DNA of 64,000 bases, taken from contig CAJUJP010000002.1 of NCBI GenBank assembly GCA_910586615.1, forward strand, positions 57,213-121,212, read 5' to 3'. This document shows, one piece after another, positions 50,818-60,300 of the stretch. The notes under the pieces were generated by a model. That model was not told the origin of the DNA, did no database searches, and saw only the letters and a list, made by a program, of their open reading frames with translations. Position 1 is the first letter of the stretch. Each line of letters starts with the position of its first letter. A program made the position numbers and the translations under genes. The stretch comes from an uncultured Lachnospiraceae bacterium. GTDB taxonomy: Bacteria > Bacillota > Clostridia > Lachnospirales > Lachnospiraceae.

Positions 50818-51894
50818 TTACGCTGCTGTATCTGCAGTGACATCAATCTCACCGGAGTTGATGCCCTCGATCACTTCCGTTACGGTGTTTTGGAGTTCTT
50901 CCGACAGGTTGTTAAATTCAATTTCCGTGTAAAGTGACAGTCCGTAGGAGAGGCCGTAAACTTTGTCGCCGCTCTCGAATGTTCCTTTGAAAGATGCGTC
51001 ACCTTCCATGTACAGCGCTTCGTCGATGGGTTTTAATGCCGACCAGATGACGCAGTCGCTGACATCGCCCTGGTAGTCGTCACTTCCGATACATTTGATT
51101 CCCATTTCCTCGCAGCCGGAGATAACGCCCAGACCGCTCTGGGAGGCGGACTGGAAAATAATGTCCACGCCTTCATTCTGGATCATCAGTTTTGCAACTT
51201 CCTGTCCTTTGACCGGATCCTGGTCGTCACCCACATAGGCAACTGCCACTTCCACAGTGGGATCGGCGTAATGAACGCCGTGGATATAGCCGTCTCTGAA
51301 TTTTCGGCTGACGGGCCTGTCCGCATGGGCAATAAATCCGACTTTCTTGTTTTCAGTTGTATTTGCAGCTACGATGCCGGCAATAAAAGCTGCCTCTGAA
51401 GGGTCTACGGATACGGAACTCACATTAGGCTCATCGGTCTGCATATCCACATCACAGAGTACAAAATTGGTGTCAGGATATTCCGGTGCCAGCCTGAGTG
51501 CGATCTCAGACAAGTCGCCCCACATCAGATATACCGGATTTGCGCCCATGTCTGCCATGGCTCTGACCTGATCCTCGTATTCCGCACTGTCCAGTGTTTC
51601 CACGGTTCTTAAGGTAGCGCCCTGCTCCTCGGCCAGCCGGTCCAGTCCTTTGATGGAAAGAGCGATAAAGGGATCCCCTACTGTGGCGGGAACAAGCAGG
51701 CCGATGGTCTTATCTTTTTCTTCCGGTGTGCCGGCAGGATCTGCCTCCGGCTGGTTATCCTGTGCCGGTGCGTCTGTGCTCTTTGAATCCGCGGCGGGAG
51801 CAGCAGGCGTCTGAGGCTTTGAACCGCATCCTGCCAGACAGCCGGCCATCAGTGCCATACTCAATAAAACTGCTGTGATTCTTTTACTTTTCAT
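50818..51894 (-). CDS. BMP-family (PnrA-like) substrate-binding lipoprotein
   Basis: LAGC lipobox, GDPF, EAAFIAG, SGLGVI, IGSD, SALKPID. Confidence 0.9.
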   Translation of the reverse strand: MKSKRITAVLLSMALMAGCLAGCGSKPQTPAAPAADSKSTDAPAQDNQPEADPAGTPEEKDKTIGLLVPATVGDPFIALSIKGLDRLAEEQGATLRTVETLDSAEYEDQVRAMADMGANPVYLMWGDLSEIALRLAPEYPDTNFVLCDVDMQTDEPNVSSVSVDPSEAAFIAGIVAANTTENKKVGFIAHADRPVSRKFRDGYIHGVHYADPTVEVAVAYVGDDQDPVKGQEVAKLMIQNEGVDIIFQSASQSGLGVISGCEEMGIKCIGSDDYQGDVSDCVIWSALKPIDEALYMEGDASFKGTFESGDKVYGLSYGLSLYTEIEFNNLSEELQNTVTEVIEGINSGEIDVTADTAA

Positions 51895-51987
51895 AATGTG
51901 TCCTCCTTATGGTGAAAAAAAGTTGCGGGGTTCCGAGTATGCCGGGATTGCAGTATCTTTTTGCATACTCATGGTCTTGCAGGCGGA

Positions 51988-53403
51988 TTAGTCCGCTTTT
52001 GTATATTTCATGACGGCTTTTAAAGTCTTTTCGGACAGTGAAGTGATGGACTGGCTTTCCATTGTTCTCACATAGGTATCAAGCCGGTCTTTCAGAGGAT
52101 CCGTAAACTTCCGGTCAAGTGCGTTACAACCCAGCATAACGCCGTATGCATGTCCGATGGGGCCTCCGGTGCAGTCATTGTCCTGTCCTGCCATCATCAA
52201 TATCGTCATTGCCTTCTGGAAGTCGTTTCCGGCAAAATAGACTGCCACCACTTCTGCGGCAAGGTTCGGGTAAGTATGTACCCAGTTATATTCTTTGTAT
52301 TTTGCCTCACACAATTCACACGCCTGCCTGTAGTTGTCCGATGTTTCGCAGGCTTTATAAGCAAAATCAAGTACGGAATAGAATTCACTGTCTTTCGGCA
52401 CAGTTTTCACGGCTTTATACAGAACGGCCCGCATATCTGTCTCCACGTAAGCCATGGAAACCATAACTGCGTTAAAAACCTCAGCCAGAATACCGTTATT
52501 GTGGTGGGATATCCTGCCGTCCGTCCAGGCTAATCTGGCCGCCTCACGGGGATTACCCGGCGCCAGCGCTCCGCAGACCGCGGCCCGCATGGCGGCGCCG
52601 ATCATCTCCCGGTAGGGGTTGGCAAGATATCCGCTTTCCGGCGGATAGATTCCGTGGCGAAGATGGTTGAGCGCCACTTCCTCGGCGGTATAGGCGAAAG
52701 GGATGTAGCCGACCCACCGGTCAGCGATATCTTCCGATGTGATGTGGAACCCTTTTTCGCAGAATGCGTCTAACAGCGCAAGCTCAAAGGTGATGTCATC
52801 GTTCAATGTCTCCGGCGGTTTCACATAATCCGTGATCTCTCCGAATACTTCCCAGATTCTGGATGATTTAAAGCCTTCCACAGCCGTTCCGAGAGCGGAG
52901 CCGATAATCTCGCCCAGCCAGCCGCCATGGATCTGCTCAAACAATTTGTCCCTGTCGGGCAGACGGTAGCCGGGATATTCAGGAAATTCCACGGCTTTCT
53001 CATACTGTTCAAAGGTCTCATAAACGGTGTAAGACCAGTAGGGATGTCCGGGGATTTTTTCCGCCTCTGTCAATGCTTTGAATACTTGTGCATTGATGAT
53101 CTGCAGCCGGATCAGTTCACCTTTTGATATGGCGTCGAAAGCATCCGGGATCAGACGTTCGGCTTTCTCCACGTCGTATCCCATATTTTTCATGCTGGAT
53201 ATGGCTCCCAGCATTTTGGAGTAGGGCGCTTTGGATTCCGGCAGCGGTTTTTTCCATGCGCCTTTACCGTTTTCCAGCATCTGTGCCGCTTCTTCCAGCA
53301 TTTTACCTTCCAGAAGACTGTCCCACTGGATCAGGTCTGTTCTGTCTTTTACGGGCACTGCCGCGCAGAACATTTCATAATCGTATTCCCATGCGTGTTT
53401 CAT
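51988..53403 (-). CDS. ADP-ribosylglycohydrolase family protein
   Basis: G.IIGSALG, NDDIT, SH.NG, GQDNDCTG motifs; N-terminal extension of about 150 aa. Confidence 0.88.
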   Translation of the reverse strand: MKHAWEYDYEMFCAAVPVKDRTDLIQWDSLLEGKMLEEAAQMLENGKGAWKKPLPESKAPYSKMLGAISSMKNMGYDVEKAERLIPDAFDAISKGELIRLQIINAQVFKALTEAEKIPGHPYWSYTVYETFEQYEKAVEFPEYPGYRLPDRDKLFEQIHGGWLGEIIGSALGTAVEGFKSSRIWEVFGEITDYVKPPETLNDDITFELALLDAFCEKGFHITSEDIADRWVGYIPFAYTAEEVALNHLRHGIYPPESGYLANPYREMIGAAMRAAVCGALAPGNPREAARLAWTDGRISHHNNGILAEVFNAVMVSMAYVETDMRAVLYKAVKTVPKDSEFYSVLDFAYKACETSDNYRQACELCEAKYKEYNWVHTYPNLAAEVVAVYFAGNDFQKAMTILMMAGQDNDCTGGPIGHAYGVMLGCNALDRKFTDPLKDRLDTYVRTMESQSITSLSEKTLKAVMKYTKAD

Positions 53404-53559
53404 GTTTGTAGCTGTACTCCTTTCCTGAATGTGAATGATGGTGTAAGATTGAAAATTAAAATTTTCAATCGCGAGATTTGTGTCTGCGTGCTGCTTGCCA
53501 CAAACTCGTTTATGCGCAAAAAGCAGCGCAGAAATGGTGTAAAAATGACTGTACTCTTT

Positions 53560-54354
53560 TTATATGCTTTCCTCCTGCATGTTCTTTAGATGGGCAGCAA
53601 TGCTTCTGACTGCATATTCTGCGATGATCCTGCCTTTTTCAGCGGATGACGAGGCCGCGGAAGACAGGATGCCCGCAGGAGGTATGTCTCCGGTTTTGGG
53701 CGGGTATCTGTGGTAAAACGGGACTTTCACGGACTCCGCCAGTGCGGGAAGAGGACTTCTCACAAGTTCCGGCCTGAAATACATCATCAGTGAGGTTTCC
53801 GTGACCGCCGCATGTTCCAGATCCCATCCGGGAAAAGGTTCTTCGTCGAAGACCTGGCCGATGATTTCCTCCGGCAGACAGTCCCACCAGTTTGTCTCCC
53901 AAAGAGTAACCTGCTCTTTGTATCTGGCAGAACACAGATCCATTGCCTCCAGGATAAACGGCTCGTTTTCGTAGTGGGCGTTAAACAAAAGGATCTTTTG
54001 AAAACCGTCCCGCACAAACTCATCAATCAGATCCTGTATAAGAAGCTGCAGTGTGTGCCCGTTCAGGTCTATGGTTCCCGGAAAAAGCGGCCCGCCCCCG
54101 CTGAAGGGTTTGGATTTGTATCCGTAACTCAGCGCCGGCGCTGCCAGTCCGTTTAGCTGTCCGGCGATGCGAAAGGAAAATTCTTCCGCCAGAACAGTGT
54201 CCACACACAGGGGCAGATGAGGGCCGTGCTGTTCGGTGGAACCTATGGGGATAATCAGGATATCCCCCGTCCGGGCGGCGTATTCTTCCCAGGTCATGTT
54301 TTTCATGAGGAGTGAGGTGTGTGTGTTTGCTGTGTTGTCTCTTGTCTGATTCAT
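53560..54354 (-). CDS. Creatininase (creatinine amidohydrolase)
   Basis: MTWEEY, GSTEQHGPH..VD, YGYKS...SGGG..FPGT, NAHYEN, GWDLEHA...ETS; these match the motifs I recall for characterised Pseudomonas creatininase. Confidence 0.88.
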   Translation of the reverse strand: MNQTRDNTANTHTSLLMKNMTWEEYAARTGDILIIPIGSTEQHGPHLPLCVDTVLAEEFSFRIAGQLNGLAAPALSYGYKSKPFSGGGPLFPGTIDLNGHTLQLLIQDLIDEFVRDGFQKILLFNAHYENEPFILEAMDLCSARYKEQVTLWETNWWDCLPEEIIGQVFDEEPFPGWDLEHAAVTETSLMMYFRPELVRSPLPALAESVKVPFYHRYPPKTGDIPPAGILSSAASSSAEKGRIIAEYAVRSIAAHLKNMQEESI

Positions 54355-54450
54355 TTGTTACCTCCCGGCAGCGTTGACATGTACCCGGGGTCTGTTTTCC
54401 GGTCATGTGTCAGACAGCTGCTTTTCTTATGGTATAGAAAATTTCTCTGC

Positions 54451-55389
54451 TTATCCGAGTTCGCGAAGCGAATCCTGTAAACGGGCCTGGCTCATTTTCA
54501 TCATCATCTCCCGGTGGACCTCTTCATACGCAGGTATGCTTGGAGATGCACCGTGCCTGCCCACCGATAAAGCGCTTGCAAGGGCGGCATATTTCATGGC
54601 TTCTCCGGGCTGCTTTCCACGGGCGATGCCTGCAAGGAAATATCCTGTAAAAGTATCCCCGGCTCCGGTGGTGTCAATCACCTCTGCAGGAAAGATTTCC
54701 TGATGAAAGAATTCTTTCTCGTCCATATAGCAGGAACCCCGGCTGCCCAGTGTGAGGACGACAACGGCCTGAGGATATTTGGAGTGCAGCTTCTTCAGGA
54801 TTTCATCCGGGTTTTCCGAATCTGTGCCTGCCAGCTTTCGGCCTTCCACTTCATTGAGAATGAGATAATCCACTTTCCGCAGGTCACATTGTTCTATGGA
54901 ACTGCTTATGGGAGAGGGGTTAAAAACTACGGTCATTCCTTTTTCTCCGGCCTTCTCGATGGCGTAGGGCACATTGGATATTTCATTTTGTAAAAGAAGC
55001 ATGTCTTCCCGGTTAAAATGTTCCAGAACTTCATCTATGTATTCCGGTGTCACGTCGCTGTTTGCGCCGCCGAAGATCATGATCTTGTTCTGCCCTTCGT
55101 GGTTGACCTGTATGACTGCGTGCCCTGAGGGCTTTTGGCTTTTGCGGATCAACTCTGTTTTCACGCCCGCCCCGGCAAGTGTTTCCGACAAAATGTTTCC
55201 GTCCTGTCCGATACAGCCTGCGTGGAATACGTCGGCGCCGGCTCTGGCCAGAGCGATGGACTGGTTCAGCCCCTTGCCGCCGCAGAATTCTCCATGGGTC
55301 GTTGCCTGAATGGTTTCACCTGCTTCTGCGTAGTGATTCACGCTGTAAGTTTTGTCGATGTTTAAGGAGCCCAGATTCAGTATTTTCAT
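54451..55389 (-). CDS. rbsK: Ribokinase (PfkB family)
   Basis: GSLNID, GGKGLNQ, LQNEI, NPSP, NEVE, DTTGAGDTF; AGGAGG RBS. Confidence 0.88.
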   Translation of the reverse strand: MKILNLGSLNIDKTYSVNHYAEAGETIQATTHGEFCGGKGLNQSIALARAGADVFHAGCIGQDGNILSETLAGAGVKTELIRKSQKPSGHAVIQVNHEGQNKIMIFGGANSDVTPEYIDEVLEHFNREDMLLLQNEISNVPYAIEKAGEKGMTVVFNPSPISSSIEQCDLRKVDYLILNEVEGRKLAGTDSENPDEILKKLHSKYPQAVVVLTLGSRGSCYMDEKEFFHQEIFPAEVIDTTGAGDTFTGYFLAGIARGKQPGEAMKYAALASALSVGRHGASPSIPAYEEVHREMMMKMSQARLQDSLRELG

Positions 55390-55569
55390 GCATCCTCCTA
55401 AGGAAAATATTTTCCGAAACAGTTTTCTTATACACAAGATACCATCAGACGAACTTATTGTCAACAACTTTTGTGCATTTTACATAATTTGTCTGTCAGT
55501 CAGAACTCTCTTTTCATTTTGTATGATTTCACTTATAATAGACTTACAGCGATAAGGAGGGACGGTTTC

Positions 55570-57465
55570 ATGAACATACGTGAGCTTGCGGATCTGGCCG
55601 GAGTTTCGGCATCTACGGTTTCAAAGATTATGAACAACAAAGACAGCAGCATAAGTCCCTCCACGCGTGAGCGTGTACTGCAGATCGCAAAACAGTATAA
55701 TTATCAGTCATATTCATCTCTGATCGAAAAGGGAACTACAACTTTGACCCTGGGGGTGGTGTTCCGGTCGGCCTCCACCATGAACATGACATTGAACGGT
55801 ATCCTGGAAGCCGCGCAGGATGCGGGATACACGATTCTGCTTCGGGAGAGCGGCGGCAATATGGAGAAAGAGGCGCAGAATATATCAGTGCTCTGCTCTC
55901 ATCATGTGGACGGAATCATATGGGAATTTGCAGGAGCGGACAGTGCAGAACAGATGCAGGTTCTGGACCGTCATGAGATTCCGGCGGTGATCTTTCAATC
56001 GGAACATGAGGATGCGATAAACATAGACTGTGAAGAACTGGGATACCGGGCGGCCCAGACGCTGGTCAATGCGGGGCATACGGGGATCGCCTGTATCTGT
56101 GCGCCGGATCCCGGAAGAGAGACGTTTGCGGAAGGATACAGGAGGTGTCTGTTTGAAAATCATATTCCGTTGGAGGAAGGGCTTGTTTTCAATGAGATCA
56201 ACAGCAGTTTAATGCATAAGATAGCATCCCATACGATCAGCGGTGTGATCTGTGCAGGTTACGAGACGGCGGTGCGTCTGTATGATGCCGTAGGAAAGCT
56301 GCGTTATGAGTTTCCGTATGATGTTTCCCTTGTTTCCCTGCGGGATGATTCCAGGGAAAAGGATGTGAACCGGCGGATATCCACCTTTACGATTCCCCAT
56401 TATGCGTATGGGAAAAATCTGTGTGGCAGGCTGATCGGGATGATAGAAAAGGGAGAGGACTCCGGTCCGGCATTTCATGAAAAGATCCTGCTGGACAATG
56501 AAGATTCCGTGGGGATTCCTTATAACCATCATTCGAAAAAGATTACGGTAGTGGGTAGTATCAATATTGATAATTACCTGAAAATGAATAAGCTTCCACG
56601 CACCGGCATGACTGTAAATTCATCACTTTCAGCTTCTTATGTGGGGGGCAAGGGAATCAATGAGGCCATCGGAGCCGCCAAGCTCGGACAGAGGGTTTCC
56701 GTGATCGGACGCGTGGGAAATGACGTGGATTCTGATATGGTATACCGTGCTCTGAATATATTCGGAATTGACTCTGTGGGGGTTAAGCGCTGTGCCGGAT
56801 ACAGAACCGGCCAGGCGTATATTTTTGTGCAGCAGGACGGCGATTCTATGATCTCCATTATGTCGGGAGCGAACGAGGCTCTCTCCCCTCAGGATGTCCG
56901 GGAGGCGGAGCGTATATTTGAAAATTCCGCATTCTGTCTGATTCAGACGGAAATTCCGATGGAGACGGTGGCCGAATCATGCAGGATTGCGAGAAAATAC
57001 GGGGCACAGACGATTTTAAAGCCTGTTGCCTGTGGTGTTCTGCCCGGAGAACTGTTGGAAAATGTTGATATGATTGTGCCGAATGGGGAGGAGATCCATG
57101 CCATCTGTCCTTTTTCAGATGATATGGAAAAGCAGGCGCAGTATCTTCTGGATGCAGGTGTGGGGACGGTCATCGTGACGCTGGGCGCAGAAGGGTGTTT
57201 TGTGAAAACAAGGCAGGAAGCAGAATATTTTCCGGCGGTTCCTTTTGATGTGATAGACGCATCCGGGGCGGCGGACGCATTCATCAGTGCACTGGCCTCC
57301 TATCTGCTTATGGGACGCAGTTTGAGAGAGGCAGTCAGGATCGCGTCATATGCCGCAGGCTTTAACATTGCCAGAGAGGGCGTGACACCGTCGCTGGTAG
57401 ATAAAAACACATTGGAGTCCTATATCATGCAGAGAGAGCCGGAGCTTTTGCGGGGTGCAGAATAA
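55570..57465 (+). CDS. LacI-family regulator fused to C-terminal ribokinase-like PfkB domain
   Basis: NIRELADLAGVSASTVSKIMN HTH, sugar-binding domain, then GSINID, GGKGINEA, DASGAADAF. Confidence 0.9.
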   Translation: MNIRELADLAGVSASTVSKIMNNKDSSISPSTRERVLQIAKQYNYQSYSSLIEKGTTTLTLGVVFRSASTMNMTLNGILEAAQDAGYTILLRESGGNMEKEAQNISVLCSHHVDGIIWEFAGADSAEQMQVLDRHEIPAVIFQSEHEDAINIDCEELGYRAAQTLVNAGHTGIACICAPDPGRETFAEGYRRCLFENHIPLEEGLVFNEINSSLMHKIASHTISGVICAGYETAVRLYDAVGKLRYEFPYDVSLVSLRDDSREKDVNRRISTFTIPHYAYGKNLCGRLIGMIEKGEDSGPAFHEKILLDNEDSVGIPYNHHSKKITVVGSINIDNYLKMNKLPRTGMTVNSSLSASYVGGKGINEAIGAAKLGQRVSVIGRVGNDVDSDMVYRALNIFGIDSVGVKRCAGYRTGQAYIFVQQDGDSMISIMSGANEALSPQDVREAERIFENSAFCLIQTEIPMETVAESCRIARKYGAQTILKPVACGVLPGELLENVDMIVPNGEEIHAICPFSDDMEKQAQYLLDAGVGTVIVTLGAEGCFVKTRQEAEYFPAVPFDVIDASGAADAFISALASYLLMGRSLREAVRIASYAAGFNIAREGVTPSLVDKNTLESYIMQREPELLRGAE

Positions 57466-57526
57466 ATGGGATTGAGTATAGAAGTATGACAGTGAAACAG
57501 GAACGGGAAAAGAAGGAGGCAGTACT

Positions 57527-60112
57527 ATGAGATTATTGGTTATCGGAGGTGTGGCGGCAGGCACGAAAGCAGCCGCAAAATTCAAGCGGGTGAATCCTGA
57601 GGCGGAAGTATCCATCGTCACCAAAGGAAAAGATATTTCCTATGCAGGATGCGGACTGCCCTACTATGTGGGCGGCGCGATCCCGGAGAAAGATCAGCTG
57701 ATCGTGAATACGCCGGAGAAGTACAGTATGCTGACCGGCGCTATGGTCTATCCTGAACGGGAGGTGACATCCCTTGATCCTGCGGGGAAAAAGGCTGTGG
57801 CGAAAAATATCCGTACCGGTGCAGAGGAAACGTATGAATATGATGCATGTATCGTGGCTGTAGGCGCTTCACCTGTAGTTCCGCCGCTGCCGGGTCTGAA
57901 CCTGCCGGGTGTTTTTGTGATGCGGACACCCGATGATGCCATTGAGACGAGAGATTACATTGCCAGAGACGGTGTAAAACGTGCTGTAGTCGTGGGCGGC
58001 GGATTTATCGGTCTGGAAGTGGCTGAGAATCTGCTGGAAAAAGGATTAGAAGTGACATTGATCGATATGGCGCCTCAGATCATGCCGGGCTTCGATCATG
58101 AGATGGCGGATTATGCGGTACGGCATCTTGCGAAAAAAGGTATCAAGGTGATGACGGGCACGAAGCTGGAAGGCGTGACGGGAGAAGAGCGTGCGGAAGG
58201 CGTGCAGACAGACAAGGGTCTGCTTGCGGCTGATGTGGTGATTCTGTCTATCGGTATCCGTCCGAATACCGGATTTTTGCAGGATACGGGCATAGAGATG
58301 TTTAAGGGGACGATTCTGGTGGATGACCGGATGGCCACTAACGTGGCGGATGTCTATGCGGCGGGAGACTGCGCGATGGTGAAAAACCGTCTCACCGGAG
58401 AGAGACAGTGGTCGCCGATGGGTTCTTCCGCCAATATGGAAGGACGTACCCTTGCCCTTGCGCTGGGCGGCAGAGAAGTGTCCTATCCGGGTGTATTGGG
58501 AACCGGTGTGGTGAAACTGCCCGGACTGTCGGGCGGCAGGACCGGACTGTCGGAGGAACAGGCGAAGGCGGCAGGTTATGAACCGGTCTGCGTTCTGGCA
58601 GTGACTGACGATAAAGCGCATTATTATCCGGACAGCGCGTGGTTTGCCATTAAGCTGGTGGCGGACGCAGAGACACATAAGCTGCTGGGCGTGCAGGTGT
58701 TAGGGCCCGGCGCGGTCGATAAAGTGACGGATATCGGTGTGATGGCAGTGACATTCGGGGCGGCATTGGAGCAGATGACCTGCCTGGATCTGTCCTACGC
58801 ACCGCCTTTCTCGACAGCGATCCATCCATTTGTGCAGGCGGTACATATGCTGCTCAACAAGATACACGGGGATCTGGACAGCTTCACGCCTGCGGAATAT
58901 CTGGCCGGCGCGGCGGAAGGCTACCGGGTGATAGACGTTCATCCCGCGGGTCCCAGCATCCCGGGCGCGACTTATGTGGATCTGCTGAAAGTCAAAGGAG
59001 AAGTTCCGGGACTTGCAAAGGATGAGAAGCTCTTGCTTGTCTGTGCAAAGGGCAAGAGAGGATACTTACTGCAGAACAGGCTGAAACGGTACGGATATAC
59101 GAATACAAAGGTGCTGGAAGGCGCTTCTTTCTTCAACGTGGTCAAAGCGGCAGGCACGCCAGGCGTGGTGACAATTCCGGCAGAGGAAATTACCCGTGTG
59201 AAAGCGCTTGGCTGCCTGCACAATAAAGGAACAGATAATTTCAACGTCCGTGTCATAACAAGAAACGGTAAGATTACAGCAGCGGAACATAAGAAGATCG
59301 CGGAGGCGGCGGAAAGGTTCGGAAGCGGCGACGTGGTCATGACGACACGCCTGACGATGGAGATTGTAGGCGTACCTTTTGACAGAATAGAAGAACTGCG
59401 TGCCTTTCTGGCGCAGGGAGGACTGGAGACCGGCGGAACAGGTTCTAAAGTGCGTCCCGTCGTTGCCTGCAAGGGAACGACCTGCCAGTATGGCCTGCTG
59501 GATTCCTACGATTTGTCAGAGAAGATCCATGAGCGGTTTTTCCATGGCTATGCGGACGTCAAACTGCCGCATAAGTTTAAGATTGCAGTAGGCGGCTGCC
59601 CGAATAACTGCGTGAAACCGGATCTGAATGATTTTGGCATTGTGGGTCAGAAAGTTCCGGTGATTGATCTGGAGAAATGCCGCGGATGCGGTAAATGTCA
59701 GGTTTCGCTGGCATGTCCGGTGGGCGCGTCCCAGGTAGTGGACGGCAAGCTGGTAATCGATCCCGATCAGTGTAATAACTGCGGCCGCTGCGTGGGCAAA
59801 TGCCCGTTTAAGGCAGCGGAGGAGAGCGCTTACGGCTACCGCATCTACATCGGCGGACGCTGGGGCAAGAGAGTTGCGCAGGGGCAGAAGCTGGATAAGA
59901 TTTTCCTGGATGAGGAAGAAGTTCTCTCCGTATTAGAGAAAGCGATTCTGCTGTTCCGCGAACAGGGTAAGACGGGAGAGCGCTTCGCGGATACGATCAG
60001 CAGGATCGGTTTTGAGAATGTGCAGGCGCAGCTTATGTCGGATGAGATTCTGAAGTATAAGGACGATATTCTGAATGCGAAGATGCATATGAAGGGCGGG
60101 GCGACCTGTTAA
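57527..60112 (+). CDS. Fusion: FAD/NAD(P)H CoA-disulfide-reductase, rhodanese, nitrite/sulfite-reductase-like and 2x[4Fe-4S] ferredoxin domains
   Basis: GGVAAG, SYAGCGLPY, GGGFIGLE, LSYAPPF, LLVCAKGKRG, TTRLTMEI, ACKGTTC, GCPNNC, CRGCGKC...CP, CNNCGRCVGKCP, ERFADTI. Confidence 0.9.
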   Translation: MRLLVIGGVAAGTKAAAKFKRVNPEAEVSIVTKGKDISYAGCGLPYYVGGAIPEKDQLIVNTPEKYSMLTGAMVYPEREVTSLDPAGKKAVAKNIRTGAEETYEYDACIVAVGASPVVPPLPGLNLPGVFVMRTPDDAIETRDYIARDGVKRAVVVGGGFIGLEVAENLLEKGLEVTLIDMAPQIMPGFDHEMADYAVRHLAKKGIKVMTGTKLEGVTGEERAEGVQTDKGLLAADVVILSIGIRPNTGFLQDTGIEMFKGTILVDDRMATNVADVYAAGDCAMVKNRLTGERQWSPMGSSANMEGRTLALALGGREVSYPGVLGTGVVKLPGLSGGRTGLSEEQAKAAGYEPVCVLAVTDDKAHYYPDSAWFAIKLVADAETHKLLGVQVLGPGAVDKVTDIGVMAVTFGAALEQMTCLDLSYAPPFSTAIHPFVQAVHMLLNKIHGDLDSFTPAEYLAGAAEGYRVIDVHPAGPSIPGATYVDLLKVKGEVPGLAKDEKLLLVCAKGKRGYLLQNRLKRYGYTNTKVLEGASFFNVVKAAGTPGVVTIPAEEITRVKALGCLHNKGTDNFNVRVITRNGKITAAEHKKIAEAAERFGSGDVVMTTRLTMEIVGVPFDRIEELRAFLAQGGLETGGTGSKVRPVVACKGTTCQYGLLDSYDLSEKIHERFFHGYADVKLPHKFKIAVGGCPNNCVKPDLNDFGIVGQKVPVIDLEKCRGCGKCQVSLACPVGASQVVDGKLVIDPDQCNNCGRCVGKCPFKAAEESAYGYRIYIGGRWGKRVAQGQKLDKIFLDEEEVLSVLEKAILLFREQGKTGERFADTISRIGFENVQAQLMSDEILKYKDDILNAKMHMKGGATC

Positions 60113-60200
60113 AAAGACATAAAGTTATACTAGGGCGGTACGGAACACCGCCTGAGTATAACTATATTATGTCTGCGAGAATGCGAAAAACATGCATTCT

Positions 60201-60272
60201 CGGCGACTTTCATTGTGTAAATATTGCATGTTGAATTTCCGGTGGCTTTCATTGTGCAAATATTGCATGTTG
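60201..60272 (+). repeat. 33-bp direct repeat (2 copies, 39-bp period) upstream of hemA
   Basis: cggcgactttcattgtgtaaatattgcatgttg and cggtggctttcattgtgcaaatattgcatgttg, 30/33 identical. Confidence 0.85.
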
Positions 60273-60300
60273 GTGCCTTAACTTGTGAGGTAAAATAACG

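Noticed and set aside
60201..60272. CRISPR array
   Set aside because: Only two repeats with a 6-nt gap and no cas genes. No CRISPR-like array was seen anywhere in the window.
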